This document shows positions 9,754 through 18,764 of a stretch of DNA of 64,000 bases, in pieces. The notes under the pieces were generated by a model, which did no database searches, was not told the origin of the DNA, and saw only the letters and a list, made by a program, of their open reading frames with translations. Every line of letters begins with the position of its first letter. The first letter of the stretch is position 1. A program made the position numbers and the translations under genes. This stretch comes from an uncultured Solirubrobacterales bacterium (GTDB lineage Bacteria; Actinomycetota; Thermoleophilia; Solirubrobacterales; JBBDJG01): positions 32,824 through 96,823 of the forward strand of contig CAVWYB010000035.1 in NCBI GenBank assembly GCA_963759145.1, in the 5' to 3' direction.

Positions 9754-11064
9754 ATGAGGAAGCGATGTCAAGCCTGTACGTGCTCGCCGTTGATCGTGGC
9801 CGCGCTCGGCCTCGCGATCGCCGGCTGCGGCGACGACGACGGCGGCGGGGGCGGCGGAGGCGGGAACGTCTCGGGCAATCTCTCGATGAGCGGCGTCTGG
9901 ACCGGCCAGGAGGCGCGGTCGTTCAACGCCGTGCTGGACGGCTTCACGGAGGAGAACCCCGACGTGACCGTCAAGTACCGCCCGGTCGGCGACGAGATCC
10001 CGACCGTGCTCTCGACGGCGGTCCAGGGCGGCAACCCGCCCGACCTCGCGGCGGTCCCGCAGCCGGGCCTCGTGCGCGACTTCGCGGACAGGGGCGAGCT
10101 GAAGCCGATCGACTTCGCCAAGAGCACGATCGACGACAACTTCTCCGAGGGCGCGATCGACGTCGGCACGGTCGACGGCAAGCTCTACGGGCTGCTGTTC
10201 AAGGCGGCCAACAAGTCGACCGTCTGGTACAACGTCCCGCTCTTCGAGCAGGCGGGCGTCGAGCCGCCGGAGGACTTCGACGCCTTCCTCGAGGCCGCCA
10301 AGACGCTGAGGGCATCGGGCACGCGCGCATACTCGATCGGCGCGGCGGACGGCTGGACGCTCACGGACCTGTTCGAGAACATCTACCTGCGCCAGGCCGG
10401 TGCGGAGAAGTACGACCAGCTCGCCGAGCACAAGATCCCCTGGACCGACCAGTCCGTGAAGGACGCGCTCGAGGACGATGGCGAAGATCGTCGGCGATAG
10501 CGAGCAACATCGCGGGCGGTACCGCCGGCGCGCTCGAGACGGACTTCCCGACATCGGTCACCAACGCCTTCAAGGAGAACCCGGACGCGGCGCAGGTGAT
10601 CGAGGGCGACTTCGTGGAGAGCGAGATCACCGACTCGACCCCGTCCAAGCCGGAGACGGGCTTCAACTTCTTCGACTTCCCGGCGATCGACGGTTCGGGG
10701 TCCACGGTGGTCGGTGGCGGCGACACGATCATCATGTTCAACGACTCGGAGGCCGCGCAGGCGCTGATCGAGTACCTCGCCACGCCCGAGGCGGCGGAGA
10801 TCTGGGCCAAGCGCGGCGGCTACTCGAGCGCGAACAAGAACGTGCCCGACAGCGCCTACGAGGACCCGCTGCTGCGCAGACGGCGACGGCGATCGGCGAC
10901 GCGGAGACGTTCCGCTTCGACCTCTCCGACCTCCAGCCGGCGGGGTTCGGCGCGACCGTCGGGCAGGGTCTCTGGAAGCAGTTCCAGGACTTCCTGCGCA
11001 ACCCCGACGACGTCGACGGCACCGCGCAGGCAGATGGAGCAGTCGGCGAGCGAGGGCGTTCTGA
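9754..11064 (+). CDS. sugar ABC transporter substrate-binding lipoprotein, frameshifted (~10490, ~10880, ~11030; 3' end approximate)
   Basis: Lipobox [17 protein letters not shown] is followed by family-1 SBP-like blocks ([83 protein letters not shown]). Confidence 0.8.
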
Positions 11065-11087
11065 CGGTGGCGGCACCGATCGTGCCG

Positions 11088-12431
11088 ATGAGTGGAGGAG
11101 CCGCGACGGCCCAGCCGGTCGCGGCTCCGCCGCCCCAGGCGGAGCCCGGCCGCTGGCGCAGGCACCGCGTCACGATCGCGTTCCTCGCCCCGGCGGCGGT
11201 CCTGCTCGGCGTGTGGATCGTCTATCCGACGATCTACACGATCGTGCGCAGCTTCTTCGACCGCGACGGTTCGAAGTTCATCTGGCTCGACAACTACCAG
11301 GAGCTGTTCTCCCAGGACACCCTGACCACCGCGATCAAGAACAACGTCCTGTGGCTGGCGATCGTGCCCGCGCTGGTGACGGCGATCGGGCTCGTGTTCG
11401 CCGTGCTCCTGGAGCGCGTGCGCTGGTCGGTGGCGTTCAAGACCGTGGTCTTCATGCCGATGGCGATCTCGCTGTTCGCCGCGGGCGTGATCTGGCGGGT
11501 GATGTACGAGAAGGATCCGGAGATCGGCGCGGTCAACGCCTCGCTCAACGTGGTCGCCGACACCTTCGACCCGCCGGGCGCGCTGTCCGACGCGCAGCCC
11601 GTCGACCGACGACCTCACGGGCAGTCCGCAGCAGCGGGCTCACGCTGCAGCGGCCGGTCGAAGCCGGCGACGTCGCGCGGCTCGGCCTCACCGGGATCCC
11701 GCCGGACGAGGTTCCCGAGGGCGCCGTGCAGGCCCGGGCGCCCCCGGCCGCGGCGGGCGCGATCGACGGGCGTCGTCTGGCGCGACTTCAAGCCCGGAGG
11801 CGGCAAGCCCGGCGTCGTGGAGCAGGGCGAGCTCGGGCTGCCCGGGGTGACGGTCGAGCTGCAGCGATTCCGGCGGAGACAACGTCGCCAAGACGGAGAC
11901 ACGTGACGACGGCAGCTTCACCTTCGAGCAACGTGGAGGCCGGACCGCAGCGGGTCGCGATCGGGAAGGAGACGTTCGAGGAGCCGTTCTCGGGCGTGTC
12001 GTGGCTCGGATCGAGCCTGATCACGCCCGCGATCATGCTCGCCTACATCTGGGTGTGGGCGGGCTTCGCGATGGTGGTGATCGGCGCCGGGTTGGCGGCG
12101 ATCCCGCGCGATCTGCTGGAAGCGGCGCGCACCGACGGCGCGACCGAGAGGCAGGTCTTCCGCCGCGTGACGGTGCCGCTGCTGCGCCCGGTGCTCGTGG
12201 TCGTGTTCGTGACGATGCTGATCAACGTGCTCAAGGTGTTCGACATCGTGCTGTCGGTCGCGCCCGGCATCGAGTCAGGACGAGGCGAACGTGATCGCAC
12301 TCGCGATGTGGCGCACCTCGTTCGGCGGGGTGAACGACTTCGGCCTCGGATCGGCGATCGCGGTCTTCCTGTTCCTGCTCGTGATCCCGATCCTGCTGCT
12401 CAACATCAGGAACTTCAGGAGGGAGTCCTGA
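11088..12431 (+). CDS. carbohydrate ABC transporter permease (MalF-like) with a large inserted extracytoplasmic domain; several frameshifts (11600-11900, ~12270)
   Basis: N-terminal TMs (VTIAFLAPAAVLLGVWIVYPTIYTIVRSF, NNVLWLAIVPALVTAIGLVF). EAA-type motif region DLLEAARTDGATERQVFRRVTVPLLRP. The stop overlaps the next start (TGATG at 12429..12433). Confidence 0.8.
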
Positions 12432-13270
12432 TGGCGGCCTCCGCCTCCCGGGTATTCGCTCGAGCCCCGCTCAACCTCCTGCTCCTCTTCATCGGGCTGC
12501 TGTGGCTGGTGCCGACGCTCGGCCTCTTCCTCGACTCGCTGCTGGCTCCGGACGTGATCGGCACGACGGGTTGGTGGAAGATCTTCACGGAGCCCAGCCT
12601 GGCCACCTTCGAGAACTACTCGAACGTGCTCGACAACTCGACGCTCACGTCGGCGCTCGGCACGACGCTGCTCGTAGCGGTCTTCGGCACGGCGATCCCG
12701 ATCTTCGTGGGCGCGCTCGCAGGCTATGCGTTCGCGTGGATCGAGTTCCCGGGCCGGGAGTGGCTCTTCCTGGGTGTGGTCGCGCTGCTGGTCGTCCCCC
12801 TCCAGATGGCCCTGATTCCGATGTTCTCCCTCTACAACAACCTCGGCCTCTTCGACACGGCGCTGGCGCTGATCCTCTTCCACAGCGCGTTCGGGCTGCC
12901 GTTCGCGATCTTCCTGCTACGGAACTTCTTCGTCGGGATCCCGAAGGATCTGCTCGAATCGGCGCGCATCGACGGCGCCTCCGAGCTCACCATCTTCTTC
13001 CGGCTCATCCTGCCGCTCGGACTGCCGGCGATCGCCTCGCTCGCGATCTTCCAGTTCCTCTGGACCTGGAACGACTTCCTCGTCGCGCTGACCTTCGGCC
13101 GCGACACGCAGGTCATCACCGTCGCGATCTTCTCGGAGTTCCGTCAGTTCGGCGCGAACCTCGAGCTGATCGCACCGGCGGCGTTCATCTCACTGGTCGT
13201 GCCGCTCGCCCTCTTCTTCGCCTTCCAGCGGTACTTCGTGGAGGGCCTGCTGGCGGGGTCCGTCAAGTAA
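12431..13270 (+). CDS. carbohydrate ABC transporter permease (MalG-like), intact
   Basis: 279 aa with 6 predicted TM segments and DLLESARIDGASELTIFFRLILPLGLPAI (EAA loop). Confidence 0.9.
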   Translation: MAASASRVFARAPLNLLLLFIGLLWLVPTLGLFLDSLLAPDVIGTTGWWKIFTEPSLATFENYSNVLDNSTLTSALGTTLLVAVFGTAIPIFVGALAGYAFAWIEFPGREWLFLGVVALLVVPLQMALIPMFSLYNNLGLFDTALALILFHSAFGLPFAIFLLRNFFVGIPKDLLESARIDGASELTIFFRLILPLGLPAIASLAIFQFLWTWNDFLVALTFGRDTQVITVAIFSEFRQFGANLELIAPAAFISLVVPLALFFAFQRYFVEGLLAGSVK

Positions 13271-13321
13271 GGACAACCGCGCTCGACAGTCGAACGCCGT
13301 TCGGCGCTAGGCTCTCGACGC

Positions 13322-14218
13322 ATGGCCCGGCCGTTCCCCCACGTCGAAGGCACCGAGCACCGATACGTCGACACCGGCCGCATCACGCTGCACGTGGCCG
13401 AGGCGGGCTCGCCGGACGCGGACCCGATCGTGCTCCTTCACGGGTGGCCGCAGAACTGGTACCTGTGGCGGCACCAGATCCCGACGCTGGCGCAGCACTA
13501 CCGCGTGATCGCGCCCGACCTGCGCGGCTTCGGCTGGTCCGACGCGCCGCCCGACGGCTACGACAAGGAGAACATGGCCACGGACGTGCTCGCGCTGCTC
13601 GACGCGCTCGAGCTGGACCACGTGCGTCTCGTCGGCCACGACTGGGGCGGCTGGATCGGGTTCCTGATCTCGCTGCGCGCACCCGACCGTATCCGCCGGT
13701 TCCTGGCGCTCAACATTCCCACGCCCTATGGGGGCAAGGATCCGCGCACATTCGCCCAAATGTGGCGCTTCTGGTACATGGCGGTGATCGCGTCGCCCGC
13801 GGGGCCGAGGCTGATCCAGGGCAACCTCGTCGACCGGCTGTTCGAGCGATCCGTCAAGCCCGGGAGCCTCTCCGAGGAAGAGCGCCGCGAGTTCGTGGAG
13901 TCCCTGCGCGAGCCCGACCGGGCCCGCGCGAGCCAGCAGCTCTACCGCACCTTCCTGACGCGTGAGTTCGGGCCCGTGGGCGCCGGTCGCTACAACAAGC
14001 GGCGCCTCACCGTGCCGACCAAGCTGCTCTTCGGCGTGGACGACTTCGCGATCCCGAAGCGCATGGTGACCGGCGACTTCAGCCGCTACACGGACCGGTT
14101 CGAGGTCGAGCTCGTGCCCGACACCGGGCACTTCATCGTGGACGAGCAGCCCGACCTCGTCACCCGGCGCACGCTCGACTTCTTCAGCGGCGTGGACCGG
14201 CCGGCAGTCGTCGGTTAG
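13322..14218 (+). CDS. alpha/beta-fold hydrolase (epoxide hydrolase / haloalkane dehalogenase-like)
   Basis: HGWPQNWYLWRHQIPTLAQHYRVIAPDLRGFGWSD, nucleophile elbow VGHDWGG and C-terminal GHFIVDEQPD. Confidence 0.85.
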   Translation: MARPFPHVEGTEHRYVDTGRITLHVAEAGSPDADPIVLLHGWPQNWYLWRHQIPTLAQHYRVIAPDLRGFGWSDAPPDGYDKENMATDVLALLDALELDHVRLVGHDWGGWIGFLISLRAPDRIRRFLALNIPTPYGGKDPRTFAQMWRFWYMAVIASPAGPRLIQGNLVDRLFERSVKPGSLSEEERREFVESLREPDRARASQQLYRTFLTREFGPVGAGRYNKRRLTVPTKLLFGVDDFAIPKRMVTGDFSRYTDRFEVELVPDTGHFIVDEQPDLVTRRTLDFFSGVDRPAVVG

Positions 14219-14608
14219 TCAGGTCGCTGGGCGCTTCTCCGGCACGATCGGGTCCCGCTCGAGCCCGCGCCGGTGGAAGAACGCGCCGAACGAGCCGGCC
14301 AGCGTCGCCACCACGCTGATCGCCCACAGCTCCAGGAAGACGTCGAGGATCCTGGCTCCCGCCGAGATCGGGTTTCTCAGCTGCGAGCTGACAGTCAGCA
14401 GCTGGCACGTGGTCCAGAACAGCGAATCCCAGTAGGAGTGGATCTCGGTTTGCGGCGCGTTGCGCTCAAACATGTAGATCGCGACGCTGCCGACGACGGC
14501 GACCACGAACGTGGCGCCGAGAATCCAGACGAGCCGGCTGCGTAGATGGATGTGGGTCGGCGTGGCGCCGCGCATGATTTTGCGGATCTCATGCATGAGG
14601 GACCGCAC
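14219..14608 (-). CDS. small 2-TM ion-channel protein (potassium-channel fold) with a non-canonical filter sequence
   Basis: 129 aa with a TM1-pore helix-TM2 layout. YWDSLFWTTCQLLTVSSQLRNP aligns to the K-channel ...TLTTVGYGD... region, but TVSSQ replaces TVGYG. Confidence 0.6.
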   Translation of the reverse strand: MRSLMHEIRKIMRGATPTHIHLRSRLVWILGATFVVAVVGSVAIYMFERNAPQTEIHSYWDSLFWTTCQLLTVSSQLRNPISAGARILDVFLELWAISVVATLAGSFGAFFHRRGLERDPIVPEKRPAT

Positions 14609-14625
14609 GCTAGCGTCAGGGACAG

Positions 14626-15357
14626 ATGGCGCAGCTCGTCTCTCATGCGTTCGCGGACCGGCCCGCCTACGACACCGCGATCTCGGCCGCGATCCTCCAG
14701 CGCGTCGCGCGCGGCGAGCTGCCGGACACGATCCGTCTCGCCCGCCCGGGGGCGATGGTGGCGTTCGGGAAGCAGGACGTCTCGAGCGCCGGCTACGAGC
14801 AGGCGGCCGCCGCGGCGCGCGCTCACGGGTTCGAGGCGGTCAAGCGCCTCGCCGGCGGGCGCGCCGCCGTCTTCCACGAGCAGACGGTGGCGTTCGCGTG
14901 GGCCGAGCGCAATGCGGACCCCTGGCCCGGCACCCATGACCGATTTCGCGCGGTCGCGGGCGTTCTAGAACGGGCGCTCCAGTCGCTCGGCGTGGACGCC
15001 CGGACGGGCGAGGTGCCGGGCGAGTACTGCCCGGGCGAGTACTCGATCAACGCCGGCGGCCGCACCAAGCTGGTGGGGCTCGGCCAGCGGATCATCAAGG
15101 GCGCCACTCATATAGGAGGCGTGATCGTGGTCGGCGGCGCCGATCGCATCCGCGACGTGCTGATCCCGGTGTACGACGCGCTCGGCCTCGAGTGGGACCC
15201 GCGAACGACCGGCAGCATCGAGGACGAGATCGGGCCGGTCGCTTTCGAGGACGTGACCGCGGCGATCAGGGCCGAGCTCGGGAGCCTCGAAGACGCGACC
15301 CTCGACGATGCCACGCTCGCGCTCGCCGAGCGACTCGAGCCGGACCACTTGCACTAG
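14626..15357 (+). CDS. lipoate-protein ligase A / biotin-lipoate ligase family protein
   Basis: 243 aa with a RLARPGAMVAFGKQD...KRLAGGRAAVFHE...PGEYCPGEYSINAGGRTKLVGLGQR pattern typical of the LplA/LipB-type catalytic domain. Confidence 0.75.
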   Translation: MAQLVSHAFADRPAYDTAISAAILQRVARGELPDTIRLARPGAMVAFGKQDVSSAGYEQAAAAARAHGFEAVKRLAGGRAAVFHEQTVAFAWAERNADPWPGTHDRFRAVAGVLERALQSLGVDARTGEVPGEYCPGEYSINAGGRTKLVGLGQRIIKGATHIGGVIVVGGADRIRDVLIPVYDALGLEWDPRTTGSIEDEIGPVAFEDVTAAIRAELGSLEDATLDDATLALAERLEPDHLH

Positions 15358-15413
15358 CCGTTCGGCCCATTTAGGGTCGGTTCTCCGAGCAGATCACGGA
15401 TGAGGAGGCAGGG

Positions 15414-15695
15414 ATGACCAGACGACTCGGAACACTGCTGGCTGCGGCCGCGCTGTTCGCAAGCATCAACGGCACGGCAGCGGCGGCGCCGAACGCCGAT
15501 AACGCCAGCTGCATGGGCCTCGGCTCGTCCTTCTACGCGCACGGCGCGGGCTCCGCGGGGGTCACCGGCGCGCGGGCCGACGTCGCGCACCTCGTGAAGG
15601 AGTTCGCGCCGGCCCCGGGCCAATATCTGCGGGGCTTCGCGCAGGAGAAGGAAGGCGGCTCGATTCCGGCGCCGTGCGGAGCCCGCATCGAGTAG
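15414..15695 (+). CDS. small secreted hypothetical protein
   Basis: GAGGAGG RBS and signal peptide MTRRLGTLLAAAALFASINGTAAAAP. 93 aa with two Cys. No family recognised. Confidence 0.5.
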   Translation: MTRRLGTLLAAAALFASINGTAAAAPNADNASCMGLGSSFYAHGAGSAGVTGARADVAHLVKEFAPAPGQYLRGFAQEKEGGSIPAPCGARIE

Positions 15696-15733
15696 CCGCG
15701 GCCACATAGCCGCAGCATTTAGGCTGGGCGGCC

Positions 15734-16598
15734 ATGACTACCGCCGCCCAGCAGATCCGCGACCTGGTCGCGAGCGACACGATCCTGATGCCCGGCGTCT
15801 ACGACGCGCTGACGGCGCGCATCGCCGCCCGCATCGGCTTCGACATCGTCTTCATCTCCGGCTACTCGGTGTCCGCCGCCCGGCTCGGCGAGCCCGACTT
15901 CGGCTTCCTGACCGAGTCCGAGATGGCCGACGCGGCCCGCTCGGTCACGCGCGTCAGCAACGCGCCGGTGATCGTCGACGCCGACACCGGCTACGGCAAC
16001 GCCGTCAACGTGATGCGCACGGTGACCGACTTCCAGGACGCGGGCGCGGCCGGCGTCTTCCTCGAGGATCAGGTGTGGCCGAAGAAGTGCGGCCACTTCC
16101 AGGGCAAGCAGGTGATCCCCACGGCCGAGCACGCGGCCAAGATCCGGGCCGCCGCCGACGCCCGCGGCGAGCGCGACCTCTTCATCGTCGCCCGCACCGA
16201 CGCGCGCCAGCCGCTCGGGGTGGACGAGGCGATCGAGCGCTGCCTCGCCTACAAGGAGGCGGGCGCGGACGCGCTCTTCGTGGAGGCGCCGCAGTCTGTG
16301 GCCGAGCTCGAGCAAATCGCGCAGGCGCTGCCGCCGCCGCTGGTCGCGAACATGATCGAGCGGGGCGTCACGCCGCACCTCTCGCGCACCGGAGCTGAAG
16401 GACCTCGGCTACCAGCTGATCGTGTGCCCGCTGGCCGCGCTCTACGCCGCCACGAAGGCGGCGCAGAAGGTGCTGACCGAGCTGAAGGACAAGGAGACGA
16501 CCGCCGCGCTGTACGACGATCTCACCACCTTCGACGAGTTCGGCGAGCTCGTCGAACTCGAGAAGCGCTACGCCGACGAGGCGGACTACGCGACCTGA
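15734..16598 (+). CDS. isocitrate lyase / PEP mutase family enzyme (2-methylisocitrate lyase or carboxyvinyl-carboxyphosphonate phosphorylmutase-like), one frameshift ~16385
   Basis: PGVYDALTARIAARIGFDIVFISGY, VIVDADTGYGNAVNV and FLEDQVWPKKCGHFQGK (the K-[KR]-C-G-H motif of the family). The C-terminal part PELKDLGYQLIVCPLAALYAA lies in another frame. Confidence 0.85.
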
Positions 16599-16653
16599 CG
16601 GCCGTGCTGAGGCTCGCTAGCCCTCGAACTATCAGGCACGAAAAGTGACGGCC

Positions 16654-16676
16654 GATTTCCGCAAATTGCGGGAATC
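16654..16676. promoter_or_regulatory. 23-bp near-perfect palindrome (candidate operator) upstream of the secreted-protein gene
   Basis: GATTTCCGCAA-A-TTGCGGGAATC has 10 of 11 arm positions complementary. It sits about 100 bp upstream of ATG 16773 in a 170-bp intergenic region. Confidence 0.4.
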
Positions 16677-16772
16677 CGGTCTGTGGGACGTCGGACCGGC
16701 CCGGTAGTCCTTCCCGCTCGGCCGCTAGCGCTTTAAGGACGAATCGATCCAACGGCGGCCGAACCGGATCGG

Positions 16773-18233
16773 ATGTTCCGGGCTTCCAAGGACACCTGGG
16801 TTCGCTTCGCGCGAACCACCGCGTGCACAGTCACGCTCACGGCGATCACGAGCCTTGCGCTTGCGACCGCTGCGTCGGCCCCTGCCGCCCCGCCCTGGCG
16901 CGCGTTCGCGCCGTCGAGCCCCTGGAACGTCCCGGCCGCCCCCGAGCAGCATCGCCGCGGCGAACCCCTACGCCGACCAGTTCGCGGGATCGTCCGGATT
17001 CACAGATGAAGCTGTCGGGGACCCCCGACAACCCCAGGTACGCGAACCCGATCTTCTTCGCGCAACCGGGAGATCCGCTCGCGCCTGTGAGCGTCGGTCA
17101 GCCGGATTGGGCGCCCAGAGGAGCCACGAAGTACGACGGGAAGCCCATCCCGGTGCCGGCCGGCGTGGGCGCCGCGGCGGGGTCGGACGGACACCTGACC
17201 GTGGTCTCGGCGGACCGGCGCACGTCCTGGGAGTTCTGGCGCGCGACCGCCGCCGGCCCCGGCGGCTACACCACCGAGGTGATCGTCCAGTGGGACCTGA
17301 CCGGACCCGGGGTCTCGACCCACGTCGGCGACAACTCGGCGCGCGGCTCCGGCACACCGCTGATCCCCACGACGCTTCGCGCGGAGGAAGCCCTCAACGG
17401 CATCAACCACGTGCTCGGGATCACGGTGCCGTCGGTCTCGAGCGACCACCTGTACCCGCCCGCGAGCAAATCGGACGGCAACGACGGCGCCGAACGCGAT
17501 CAAGTACGGGATGCTGTTCGTGCTCCGTCCGGACTACCCGGTGCCGCCCAACGCGGGCATCGGCGAGCGCAACGTGATTCAGGCGCTCAAGACCTACGGC
17601 GCCTACGTGATCGACCAGGGCGCCGACTTCGAGATGGACGCGGATTTCACCCATCCCGAGATCTGGGCCCAGACAGGCCTCAGCCTGAACAGCTTCGACT
17701 TCACCGGGGCCGACATGCGGCCCGCCAAGGCGGGCCCGGTGCCGCCGGCGGCGCCTCCGGCCCGGAGCACCACGGCAAAGAAGAAGAAGAAAGGCAAGCG
17801 GGTCCGGATCAGCGTGAACCGCCGCAGCCTGCGGCTCGGCGGGCAGCTGCGCCTCTCCGGCAAGGTGCGTGGGACGGTCCGGCGCAGGGCGCACGTGCGG
17901 GTCCAGGTCCGCACCGCGGGCGGCAAGTGGCGCCGCCTCCGGCGGAAGCCGGTGAACGCCGACGGGACATTCGCGACCTGGCCGCGGTACCTGCCTTCGG
18001 CGCGGGCCGCGCGAGCCGGGAAGGCCCGCCGCTACAAGCTGCGGAACCTCCACCTGACGCGGCGGGCGCGCGTGATCCGCATCCGCGCCGTTGTGACCGG
18101 CGCCGGCCGGTCGAACGTGTTGCGCGTGCGGCTGCGGCCCGGCGCGGGGCCGCGCCGAAGCCCAAGCCGGCGAAGCCCGGCAAGAGCGCCGGCGAGCGCG
18201 CGTTCACCGTCTAGCCCCGCGAGCGCCCCGTAG
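16773..18233 (+). CDS. secreted hypothetical protein with a basic C-terminal region, frameshifted (~16960, ~17005, ~17495; 3' end uncertain, 18214 or 18233)
   Basis: Signal-like N-terminus ...TLTAITSLALATAASAPA. Collinear pieces in three frames (NPRYANPIFFAQPGDPLAPVSVGQPDW..., HLTVVSADRRTSWEFWRATAAG..., IKYGMLFVLRPDYPVPPNAGIGERNVIQALKTYGAYVIDQGADF). No family recognised. Confidence 0.55.
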
Positions 18234-18355
18234 AGCGGGACAGCACGGCGCTCGCACTCCTCCGGGTCGAGACGCGCGCCCCCAAAACACATCTCCTACT
18301 TGCCGCTTTTCAGGTCCTTCCGAGGGGCTCGCACCCTGGAACTTTCCGAGGCGCC

Positions 18356-18664
18356 CTACACCCGAGCCCCGTATTGCTTGCGGCGCTTCTTGCGTCCCGG
18401 CAGCCGCACCGGCGAGACGACGTCGCCCAGCTCGGCCGCCAGCGCCCGCAGGTCGAGCTGGCGCACGTGGTCGATCAGCTCCCGCCGCTCCTCGCGCGTG
18501 AGCTGCCCGGGCCGGCCCTTCGACCTGGCGACCAGCTCGCGCAGGCGCCGCCGCGAATGGGGATGCAGGGAGCCCCAGTGCCGTCGCAGGACGAACACGG
18601 CCTCCGCCATCACGAGTGCCCAGGCAATCGGTATCGCGCGCTTTCCGACCATCGCTTGACACAT
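18356..18664 (-). CDS. hypothetical small protein (one N-terminal hydrophobic segment)
   Basis: 102-aa ORF with IPIAWALVMAEAVFVL followed by a charged region. Divergent from the ceramidase-like gene. Support is only ORF length and non-artefactual composition. Confidence 0.4.
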   Translation of the reverse strand: MCQAMVGKRAIPIAWALVMAEAVFVLRRHWGSLHPHSRRRLRELVARSKGRPGQLTREERRELIDHVRQLDLRALAAELGDVVSPVRLPGRKKRRKQYGARV

Positions 18665-18702
18665 ACCCCGGCCGGTGTGGTTTAATTGCGCCGCAGAAGA
18701 GT

Positions 18703-18726
18703 AAACGTTGGTTCAACCATTCGTTT
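18703..18726. promoter_or_regulatory. AT-rich imperfect palindrome AAACG-TT-GGTTCAACC-ATT-CGTTT flanked by two GTTTAAT direct repeats (18680, 18723)
   Basis: Read from the sequence. It lies in the 100-bp divergent intergenic region 18665..18764, the most AT-rich patch locally. Confidence 0.35.
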
Positions 18727-18764
18727 AATCATCCGTTAGCGTCGGATCCAAGGGGGAGGAATCC

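Noticed and set aside
9841-9866. GGC/GGG-rich simple repeat
   Set aside because: It encodes the poly-Gly linker ([12 protein letters not shown]) directly after the lipobox Cys of the substrate-binding lipoprotein, a common feature rather than a repeat element.
9172-11618. Long minus-strand ORFs (9172..10554 and 10383..11618) opposite the ABC transporter genes
   Set aside because: These are antisense artefacts. They are Arg/Pro/Gly-rich with no motifs. The plus strand carries Walker motifs, a lipobox and permease TM segments.
17777-17797. A-rich run aaagaagaagaagaaaggcaa in very GC-rich DNA
   Set aside because: It encodes a Lys run (AKKKKKGK) inside the basic C-terminal region of the secreted protein. 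It is not a regulatory or slippery element as far as can be judged.
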